Source: an uncultured Lachnospiraceae bacterium
Lineage (GTDB): Bacteria; Bacillota; Clostridia; Lachnospirales; Lachnospiraceae
Direction of reading: 5' to 3'
DNA length: 32,000 bases
Assembly: GCA_900551895.1 (NCBI GenBank)
Contig: URXX01000003.1
Coordinates: forward strand, 118,655-150,654
Under the pieces are notes generated by a model, which was given only the letters and a program-made list of their open reading frames with translations, did no database searches and had not been told where the DNA came from. Shown here one piece after another: positions 8,428 through 15,143 of this stretch. The stretch's first letter is position 1. The number at the start of each line of letters is the position of its first letter. A program made the translations under genes and the position numbers.

Positions 8428-9143
8428 ACCGTAATTCCTTCCAACACTTCTCCTATCGGCTTCTGAATGCACAAGTCCGCCTGTTCATCCCTAGACGTTG
8501 CGCTCTTGTTAATCACAACAAGATATTTTCCCCTAAAATAATCAATAAAACTTGCCGCCGGATAAACAACAAGAGATGTTCCCCCGATAATCAGCATATC
8601 TGCCTCCGCAATTTCTCTCACAGATTTTTGAATAATTGTACTGTCCAAACTTTCCTCATAGAGAACGACATCCGGCTTTATTCTTCCTCCGCATTCACAG
8701 AGAGGGATACCTTTTGCATTTTTAACATATTTTGCATCGTAAAATTTTCCGCATTTCTGACAATAATTGCGGTGAATGCTTCCGTGCAGTTCCAATACAT
8801 TTTTACTTCCTGCCAACTGATGCAGACCGTCTATATTTTGTGTAATAACGGCACTTAACTTTCCCTTTTCTTCCATTTCCGCCAGTTTTAAATGTGCCTT
8901 GTTCGGTTTTGCATCTAAGAACATCATTTTTGATTTATAAAACTCATAAAATAATTCCGGTTTCTTCTGAAAAAATGTGTGGCTGACAACCTGCTCCGGC
9001 GGATAAGCATATTTTTCCTGATAAATACCGTCACTGCTGCGAAAATCCGGAATATCGCTCTCTGTAGATACTCCCGCTCCTCCGAAAAATACAATTCGCT
9101 GACTTTCATCTACCATTTTTTGAAGTAACGCTAACTTTTCCAT
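8424..9143 (-). CDS. cobB: NAD-dependent protein deacylase, Sir2 family
   Basis: 239 aa. GAGVSTESDIPDFRS NAD-binding motif, Zn-ribbon cysteines CQKCGK...CECGG, QNIDGLH. Confidence 0.9.
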   Translation of the reverse strand: MEKLALLQKMVDESQRIVFFGGAGVSTESDIPDFRSSDGIYQEKYAYPPEQVVSHTFFQKKPELFYEFYKSKMMFLDAKPNKAHLKLAEMEEKGKLSAVITQNIDGLHQLAGSKNVLELHGSIHRNYCQKCGKFYDAKYVKNAKGIPLCECGGRIKPDVVLYEESLDSTIIQKSVREIAEADMLIIGGTSLVVYPAASFIDYFRGKYLVVINKSATSRDEQADLCIQKPIGEVLEGITV

Positions 9144-9685
9144 TAGAAAACCTCCTTCTTATATACTTCTCCTGCTAAATTTTTCCACAAATATACATTG
9201 TCCTCAATAATCATATAACTGTGTTCTGAATTTTCTTTCGGAATGGATACCGAACCGGGATTGAGATAAATGTATTTTCCAATCCACTCTCCCGCCGGCA
9301 CATGAAAATGCCCGTTCAGTAAAATATCCCCTTCTTTTAACATAGGAAGATTTTCCCTGTTAAACTGATGTCCGTGCGTAGCAAAAATCGTTCTGTCATT
9401 TACGGAAAGAATTGCGTAATCTGCTAATATCGAAAACTCCAGCACCATCTGGTCTACTTCCGTATCACAGTTTCCTCTGACACAGAGCAATTCTGTTTTC
9501 ATCTTGTTTAACATTTCAATTACTTTTTTCGGCTCATATCCTTTCGGCAAATCATTTCTCGGTCCATGATATAAAATATCGCCTAAAAGCAATAATCTGT
9601 CTGCTTTCTCCCTGCGAAATGCGTCTATCATTTTCTCGCAATAATATGCAGAACCGTGTATGTCTGATGCAATCATTAATTTCAT
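9143..9685 (-). CDS. YfcE/MJ0936-family metallophosphoesterase (phosphodiesterase)
   Basis: 180 aa. Calcineurin-like motifs DIHGS, GDILYHGPRN, RGNCD, THGH and GH. Confidence 0.8.
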   Translation of the reverse strand: MKLMIASDIHGSAYYCEKMIDAFRREKADRLLLLGDILYHGPRNDLPKGYEPKKVIEMLNKMKTELLCVRGNCDTEVDQMVLEFSILADYAILSVNDRTIFATHGHQFNRENLPMLKEGDILLNGHFHVPAGEWIGKYIYLNPGSVSIPKENSEHSYMIIEDNVYLWKNLAGEVYKKEVF

Positions 9686-9769
9686 TTTTCTGTCCTCTTC
9701 CTTTGTTTCAGTTTCTCTCTTAACTGTAACATAAATTGACCTAAAGGCTCAAGGGATTTTAGTTTTTAG

Positions 9770-10297
9770 ATGAAGAAAATATTCTCTTCCACTTTCTTAT
9801 ACAAAGCAACACAAAATCAGATGAAAATGGAACTTCCACAGGAAAGAGAATATATTGCGAAAACTAGAGTTTCTGATATAATTAAATCAAAAAGCGTAAA
9901 TGAGGAAAGCGCAGTGGCAGAAATACGAAATATAGGTAAGATAAATATAAAGATTCTTGAAAAAGAATTTGGGAAAATTCAAACAGATGAGATTATTGTT
10001 ACAAATGAGAGAATAGCACATATTCAAGAAAGACATCCACAGGATTATGAATTATTTATGAAGTATGGTACAAATAGTATTCAGAATCCTGACTATGTTA
10101 TAAAAGACATAAAACATACTGGAACAGTATTTATGGTAAAAAGATTACCGGATACGAATCTTAATGTCGTTGTGCGAGTAGTACTTGATACAGACAAAGA
10201 GGGCTTAAAGAACTCTGTTATGACTTTCTATCGGATTCGGGAACGTAATTTAAAAAAATTAATTGAAAAAAACGGCTTGCTTTACAAAAAAGAATAA
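9770..10297 (+). CDS. hypothetical protein with PBECR-like (barnase/EndoU/colicin-E5/RelE-like) nuclease-fold C-terminal domain; N-terminus uncertain
   Basis: 175-aa ORF. From memory, the C-terminal half (ERIAHIQERHPQDYELF...NPDYVIKD...TVFMVKRL...NVVVRVVLDTD...KNSVMTFYRIRERNLKKLI) resembles PBECR-annotated phage and polymorphic-toxin domains with the HIxxRHP motif. No convincing SD precedes ATG 9770 or the in-frame ATGs at 9821/9827. Confidence 0.4.
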   Translation: MKKIFSSTFLYKATQNQMKMELPQEREYIAKTRVSDIIKSKSVNEESAVAEIRNIGKINIKILEKEFGKIQTDEIIVTNERIAHIQERHPQDYELFMKYGTNSIQNPDYVIKDIKHTGTVFMVKRLPDTNLNVVVRVVLDTDKEGLKNSVMTFYRIRERNLKKLIEKNGLLYKKE

Positions 10298-10321
10298 ATG
10301 GTGTATGATATACATACAATA

Positions 10322-10418
10322 AACAAGAAGATATTGAAGTAGAGATTGTGCTGCTACGCACCCTTAGGGTCAAAAGAAATGTGGGAAGGGGCACACCCAC
10401 CAAATATCTTCTTGTTTT
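10322..10418. repeat. 97-nt element bounded by a perfect 15-bp inverted repeat, enclosing small hairpins
   Basis: AAACAAGAAGATATT (10322-10336) is the exact reverse complement of AATATCTTCTTGTTT (10404-10418). The interior holds GTGC-tgctac-GCAC (10349-10362) and GTGGG-10 nt-CCCAC (10382-10401). A third copy of AATATCTTCTT lies at 10448-10458. Confidence 0.4.
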
Positions 10419-10469
10419 TGCAAATATTGATAATTAATCACCGGTATAATATCTTCTTTTTTCCTTTCC

Positions 10470-10985
10470 CTATTTATGTATCAATATTTTTTCCAACACA
10501 ATTATATCGTACTCTTCATTATGGCAAACAACACCTGTTTCTTCAAAACTATTCTTAAGCCAAAATGCCTTGCTTTGCGGATTACCTTTTACATATCCCA
10601 AACGCACAAATGAATATCCTATACTTTTCATGTAGGAAGAAAATTCCGCAATTATATCTGTTCCCACACCATTTCCCTGCACTGACTTCTCCAACATAAA
10701 CAGTCCAATAAATGCCGTGTCCTCGTTCGGATATTCCACAATCAAATCCATGATTGCTATAAGTTTTTCCTTATCCCAAAACCCGATATAATATTTATCC
10801 TCATATGTTTTTTTCGGTGGTAACGCTTTCATCTCTTTCAAAACACTTTCTCTCGTCACGGCTGGCGGACAGTATCGATAATATAGCGGATTACCCAGTT
10901 CTAATTCATATATCTCATCAATATCTGTTTCAGTTAATTCTTTCACTGCATATTTCGATGAAATTTGATTGATTTGTAATCGCAT
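10470..10985 (-). CDS. GNAT family N-acetyltransferase
   Basis: 171 aa. Acetyl-CoA binding segment VQGNGVGTDII plus the GNAT beta-strand pattern. ATG 10985 is preceded by an AGAGGGGG SD. The start lies 56 nt inside the upstream gene. Confidence 0.8.
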   Translation of the reverse strand: MRLQINQISSKYAVKELTETDIDEIYELELGNPLYYRYCPPAVTRESVLKEMKALPPKKTYEDKYYIGFWDKEKLIAIMDLIVEYPNEDTAFIGLFMLEKSVQGNGVGTDIIAEFSSYMKSIGYSFVRLGYVKGNPQSKAFWLKNSFEETGVVCHNEEYDIIVLEKILIHK

Positions 10986-11433
10986 TTTCCCCCTCTTTCT
11001 TCATATATAAAATCGGATACGGATTCCCCTGCTCATCCCATTCAGTTCTCTTATAAACCGAAAATCCCATTTTTTCATAAAATCTTTTTGCAAGAGGATT
11101 TTGTTCATTCACGGTAAGAGTCGAAATAGAATATTTTTCCATTCCGTACTGCATCAGCATTTTCCCAAATCCTTTGCCTCTTTCGCTATCTCTGACAAAC
11201 AACATTTCCAATTTCTGATGATCTATTCCCATAAATGCTATAGGTTCTTCGGCTTCATCTATCCCGACAATCAATTGCGGAATCTCCTGCAATGCCTGTG
11301 GAACATACTGCTTAATATTTTCTATCTCCGCATCACTTAAAAATAAATGTGTCGCACGCACAGAGGTTTCCCATACGTTTACTAACTGTTGAATAAGTTG
11401 TGATGTTCTATCCTTTATTTCTATTATTTTCAT
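10930..11433 (-). CDS. GNAT family N-acetyltransferase, YjaB-like (lysine acetyltransferase family)
   Basis: 167 aa. It aligns by eye to E. coli YjaB: VNVWETSVRATHLFLS vs VAIWCRSVDATHDFLS, LTVNEQNPLAKRFYEKMGF vs TNVNEQNEQAVGFYKKVGF, and GNPYPILYM vs GKPYPLLNL. It carries a ~20-aa C-terminal extension that overlaps the next gene. Confidence 0.8.
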   Translation of the reverse strand: MKIIEIKDRTSQLIQQLVNVWETSVRATHLFLSDAEIENIKQYVPQALQEIPQLIVGIDEAEEPIAFMGIDHQKLEMLFVRDSERGKGFGKMLMQYGMEKYSISTLTVNEQNPLAKRFYEKMGFSVYKRTEWDEQGNPYPILYMKKEGENAITNQSNFIEICSERIN

Positions 11434-11893
11434 TTCTATTATTATCCCCCTCCTCTTTATATTTCGCTTTCACTAAAAAAATGGCACTTAGTACAAACGG
11501 AATAACTGTCACTAAATGTAACAAAAAAGGATTTATGATAACCCAATATTTCAAATACAATAGTAAATCTCTCTCGCCCATCCAATTCATATCAAAATAA
11601 ATTATATTAATAACAAGAAAGACTAACCCTACAAAAAGACTTATAATACACCAGCGAAAATAGAAATTATTTTGGGGTGATTTTTCGTTCCTCTTACCCT
11701 TTTCCTTCAACAACTCATCTGTAGAAACCTGATACAATTTGCTTAACAAAACTAAATTATCAAGGTCGGGCGCTCCCTTTCCCGTCTCCCATCTCGAAAT
11801 AGACTGCCGTGTAATATTTAATTTTTCTGCCACATCTCCCTGAGATAAACCAAGCCGCTCCCTATTTTCCTTTAAGCGTTCCGAAAGTCCCAT
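11408..11893 (-). CDS. XRE-family HTH transcriptional regulator with C-terminal transmembrane region
   Basis: 161 aa. The N-terminus LKENRERLGLSQGDVAEKLNITRQSISRWETGKGAPDLDNLVLLSKLYQVSTDELL is a canonical HTH_XRE. It is followed by 2-3 hydrophobic helices. AAGGAGG SD upstream. Confidence 0.8.
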   Translation of the reverse strand: MGLSERLKENRERLGLSQGDVAEKLNITRQSISRWETGKGAPDLDNLVLLSKLYQVSTDELLKEKGKRNEKSPQNNFYFRWCIISLFVGLVFLVINIIYFDMNWMGERDLLLYLKYWVIINPFLLHLVTVIPFVLSAIFLVKAKYKEEGDNNRNENNRNKG

Positions 11894-11925
11894 ATACTTT
11901 CCTCCTTTGTCTGTTTTATGCCATG

Positions 11926-11954
11926 ATTATAGTGTAATAAACCTATTACTTCAA
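11926..11954 (-). promoter_or_regulatory. promoter of the XRE-GNAT-GNAT operon (TTGAAG-17 nt-TATAAT) with a palindrome in the spacer
   Basis: On the minus strand: -35 TTGAAG (11954-11949), a 17-nt spacer, and -10 TATAAT (11931-11926). The spacer contains GTAATA-aacc-TATTAC (11934-11949), a candidate autoregulatory operator. Confidence 0.45.
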
Positions 11955-12029
11955 TGCACAATTATGTTACAAACCCGCAATAATTCGTTGCTTTTAGCCT
12001 GTTTTATTATACGAAAGGAGTTTATTGAC

Positions 12030-12458
12030 CTAATCATACCACGTCATAATGTATTCTTTCTCGCCCGTATCTTCATCTACGTTTTCACTCTCTATTTGAA
12101 ACCCTTCTCTTTTATAAAATTGTACTGCACGCTCATTTTTCTGATACACGCCCAGTCGCAAGAACTCTTTTCTCTCTTTTACAAAGTCCAGCAACCGCTT
12201 ACCGATTCCTTGCGACTGTGCCTCACCGCAAACAAAAATTCCTTCTATATAATTGCCATTCAGTCCGACAAATCCCAATATCTGTCTTGTCTTTTCTTCT
12301 TCATAAAGATACATTTCTGCCTGTAAAAACATTCCTTTTACAAATGCAAAATTACTTTTCCAATACTCTGCTGAAATAAAATGATGTGCTTTTATATTCG
12401 TATCCAGCCATATTTTCGCCACATATTCTACATCTGTTCTTTCTAATTTTCTAATCAT
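12030..12458 (-). CDS. GNAT family N-acetyltransferase
   Basis: 142 aa. QSQGIGKRLL acetyl-CoA motif and NERAVQFYKREGF. It has an 8-nt overlap with the upstream gene. Confidence 0.8.
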   Translation of the reverse strand: MIRKLERTDVEYVAKIWLDTNIKAHHFISAEYWKSNFAFVKGMFLQAEMYLYEEEKTRQILGFVGLNGNYIEGIFVCGEAQSQGIGKRLLDFVKERKEFLRLGVYQKNERAVQFYKREGFQIESENVDEDTGEKEYIMTWYD

Positions 12459-12951
12459 ACCGCTTTCTCTTTCTTATCCATACTGCAAAATATACCAGTA
12501 AAACAATTATTGAACAGCCGCTCATTATTCCATATACTCTTCGCTGTTTGGAAACATAACTTTTTGCCGTCTGCTGCGGCTTTACGGTAATATATTTTCT
12601 TTCTTTTTTCATAGACAGTACGCGCCTTTTTACTTGCCTGCCTTCCGAAATTTTCTCTTCTCCTTCTTTTCTTGTAGACACTTCTTCTTTCCATTTATAT
12701 CCCGTTCCGCCTACTTCTTTATAATAGAGATAATAAACGGTTTTCGTCGGGTGCATTCGTCCCTGCCGTCCGCTTGCAGTATTTTTTACCTGCGTAGGCA
12801 ATACCCGATAAGGCAAAAATGTATGTATTCCCTTATCCTCATAATTTTTTACCGAAGGTATTTTCATAAATCGCTCTATCCCTACATATAGGCAGGCTAA
12901 AGCCAACACAAGTATCATCACGCTTAACATTGTAAATGTTTTTCTTTTCAT
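12451..12951 (-). CDS. hypothetical bitopic/two-TM membrane protein (166 aa)
   Basis: N-terminal TM (LSVMILVLALACLYVGI) and C-terminal TM (MSGCSIIVLLVYFAVWI) flank a Lys/Glu-rich domain. It is coupled to both flanking GNAT genes (ATGA overlap at 12948-12951). No family recognised. Confidence 0.5.
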   Translation of the reverse strand: MKRKTFTMLSVMILVLALACLYVGIERFMKIPSVKNYEDKGIHTFLPYRVLPTQVKNTASGRQGRMHPTKTVYYLYYKEVGGTGYKWKEEVSTRKEGEEKISEGRQVKRRVLSMKKERKYITVKPQQTAKSYVSKQRRVYGIMSGCSIIVLLVYFAVWIRKRKRYD

Positions 12952-13511
12952 TTCTGCTCCTTGAAATACTCCTTCGCCAAAATTCCATAAGTAACCATAT
13001 CTACAATTCCCCGATTGTTTCTGTCAGCCTCCCGAATAGTCCCTTCGTAAACCATTCCACATTTGCTCATCACTTTTCCTGAACCGATATTTTCGGCATC
13101 ATGGTGCGACTGAATTTTATTGACCTTTACTTCCTCAAATAAAAATGTAATAACCCGTTTAAACGCTTCTGTCACAATCCCCTGATTCCACCATTTACTT
13201 CCTATACAATAACCAATCACAACCATATCTATCGATTCATTGCTTCTCACAACACTGATTGTTCCAATCGGTTCTCTTATTTCCTTCAATTCAATTGCCC
13301 ACTGATAAAACGCTGGATTTTTATACTCTTCTATCCAACTTTGCAGTATCTGTTTCGTCACCCCTACATTTTCATGGGTAGGCCATGTTAAATATTTTGT
13401 TACCTTATCGTCGCCTGTCCAGTTGCGATAAGAACTTTCTATATCACCCTCAACAAATCTTCTTAAAACTAATCTTTCGGTTTCCAGTCTTTTCGTTCCT
13501 TTATGCTCCAT
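12948..13511 (-). CDS. GNAT family N-acetyltransferase, RimJ/RimL-like (Acetyltransf_3 type)
   Basis: 187 aa. The N-terminus LETERLVLRRF and the core IGYCIGSKWWNQGIVTEA are typical of the RimJ/RimL subgroup. Confidence 0.8.
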   Translation of the reverse strand: MEHKGTKRLETERLVLRRFVEGDIESSYRNWTGDDKVTKYLTWPTHENVGVTKQILQSWIEEYKNPAFYQWAIELKEIREPIGTISVVRSNESIDMVVIGYCIGSKWWNQGIVTEAFKRVITFLFEEVKVNKIQSHHDAENIGSGKVMSKCGMVYEGTIREADRNNRGIVDMVTYGILAKEYFKEQK

Positions 13512-13653
13512 AGGTTTTCAATCCTTTCGGTTTATTCATAGTAACATTATACCTTTTTCATTTTCCATGAACAATACCTATTTTATATGGCTATCCGCTA
13601 AAACTTCTGCTATAATTAACCTATAGAATTCCTCTGTAAACGGAGGAGATTAA

Positions 13654-14520
13654 ATGAAGAAACAGTTAAAAAATCTTACAATCAAAGACAACTTTATGTT
13701 TGCAGCAGTTATGCTGGACGAAGAAAACTGCAAAGGATTTTTGGAAAGAGCATTGCAGATACAAATCGACCATGTGGAAGTGAACACAGAAAAAAGTATC
13801 GTATATCATCCTGAATATAAAGGAGTTCGCTTGGACGTATATGCAAGAGATGAATACAATACTCGCTATAATGTGGAAATGCAGGTATCCGCTCAAAGTT
13901 CCTTAGGACTGAGAAGCCGATATTACCAAAGTCAAATGGATATGGAAATGCTACTGTCCGGTTCAGAATATGCGGAACTTCCAAACAGTTACGTTATTTT
14001 CATCTGTGATTTTGATCCATTTGGAGCGAAAAAATACAAATACACTTTTTCTATGGAATGTAAAGAAACAAAAAAGGCTGATTTACATGATAAAAGAAAT
14101 ATTGTATTTTTAAGCACAGAGGGAAGAAATGATACGGAAGTGTCCGAAGAACTTGTATCTTTTCTTAAATTTGTAAAAGCAGATATAAAAGAAAGTCAAA
14201 AAGATTTTCACGATGAATATGTAAGAAAATTGCAAGAATTTATAGAGCATATTAAAAAGAACAGCGAAATGGAGGAAAAGCATATGCTTTTTGAAGAATT
14301 GCTGAAAGAAGAGCGGGAAACCGGACGTCAAGAAGGACTCCAACAAGGCGAAAGCATCGGAATGATAAATTCTTTGACCATGCTTTTAAAAAATTTCGGA
14401 GAAATACCTGAAAATCTTCAAAAAAGAATTTCTGAAGAGAAAAATCTGGAAACGTTAACCCTTTGGTTTCAACTGGCAATCCACGTGAACTCTTTAGACG
14501 AATTTATCTCTAAAATGTAA
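13654..14520 (+). CDS. Rpn-family recombination-promoting nuclease / PD-(D/E)XK 'putative transposase' (PDDEXK_2 / TIGR01784-like)
   Basis: 288 aa. N-terminus LTIKDNFMFAAVM, catalytic-core pattern VRLDVYARD...YNVEMQ (D...E-x-Q), and a helical C-terminal tail. GGAGGAG SD upstream. Confidence 0.8.
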   Translation: MKKQLKNLTIKDNFMFAAVMLDEENCKGFLERALQIQIDHVEVNTEKSIVYHPEYKGVRLDVYARDEYNTRYNVEMQVSAQSSLGLRSRYYQSQMDMEMLLSGSEYAELPNSYVIFICDFDPFGAKKYKYTFSMECKETKKADLHDKRNIVFLSTEGRNDTEVSEELVSFLKFVKADIKESQKDFHDEYVRKLQEFIEHIKKNSEMEEKHMLFEELLKEERETGRQEGLQQGESIGMINSLTMLLKNFGEIPENLQKRISEEKNLETLTLWFQLAIHVNSLDEFISKM

Positions 14521-14650
14521 ACATTCTATATTTCACATCAAATCTATTTACCGCAAATCTGACTGAACGGATTTGCGGTCACAAGTAACCACATCACTGC
14601 CGGCTCAGGCAACAATTCAAAGAAAAACAGAGGAATTCTATCAATGGAAA

Positions 14651-14705
14651 AGGGGCTTTTCGGAATGAAATTAATGATAATTTCTAAAAAATTCCGAAAG
14701 CCCCT
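14651..14705 (-). terminator. terminator-like long hairpin at the end of the fab operon
   Basis: AGGGGCTTTTCGGAAT (14651-14666) pairs with ATTCCGAAAGCCCCT (14691-14705) with one bulged T. On the minus strand it spans the MarR stop codon and is followed by TTTTCCATT. Confidence 0.5.
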
Positions 14706-15108
14706 CCAATGTTTTCAGTAACACGGGAATTTCTTCCTCATTCAATTTTTGGATAACCGCATCCGTCATCTGATGATGAAACTGTGCATGATGTTCATAT
14801 GCCCTCTTTCCTTTTTCCGTTAATTTGATATAAACAACACGCCTGTCCTCCTCACTTCTCTCACGAACGGCATATTTTTTATTTACCAAACTGTTCATCG
14901 AAGTCGTCAGCGTCCCCGCCGTTACATTCATTTTCTTTGCAATCGCGGACATAGGACTTCCGTCCCCCAAACCGATTGCCTCAATGATGTGCATATCATT
15001 GTTTGTAATATCTTTAAATTCTTCCGTAATAATTGCCTTCTCTTCCAGTTCCCAGATTTCATTAAACAAATGCACTAAAATATCATTAATGGTTTCATAT
15101 GTATTCAT
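14671..15108 (-). CDS. fabT: MarR-family transcriptional regulator, FabT-like repressor candidate
   Basis: 145 aa winged-helix MarR (MSAIAKKMNVTAGTLTTSMNSLVNKKYAVRERSEEDRRVVYIKLTEKG). It is the last gene of the fab operon, and a FabT-type palindrome sits at the operon promoter (25182-25202). Confidence 0.65.
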   Translation of the reverse strand: MNTYETINDILVHLFNEIWELEEKAIITEEFKDITNNDMHIIEAIGLGDGSPMSAIAKKMNVTAGTLTTSMNSLVNKKYAVRERSEEDRRVVYIKLTEKGKRAYEHHAQFHHQMTDAVIQKLNEEEIPVLLKTLEGLSEFFRNYH

Positions 15109-15143
15109 TTATTTCCTCCTTCACCAGAATGATACTAAGTTCA

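Noticed and set aside
10322-10458. Interpreting the inverted-repeat element as a type III toxin-antitoxin RNA or a retron msr/msd
   Set aside because: It has no tandem direct repeats upstream of a toxin gene, which type III TA systems require. No reverse transcriptase gene lies nearby, which a retron needs. The element is kept only as an unclassified structured repeat.
13654-14520. Calling the two Rpn/'putative transposase' genes (13654..14520 and 27363..28163) mobile elements
   Set aside because: I found no terminal inverted repeats or target-site duplications flanking either gene, and the two copies share no flanking sequence. The family is better regarded as a nuclease than as a bona fide IS transposase.
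14550-14579. 10-bp hairpin ACCGCAAATC / GATTTGCGGT downstream of Rpn gene #1
   Set aside because: It is probably just a transcription stop or stabiliser for the Rpn gene. It has no U-tract on either strand and no other distinguishing feature, so it was not listed as a confident terminator.
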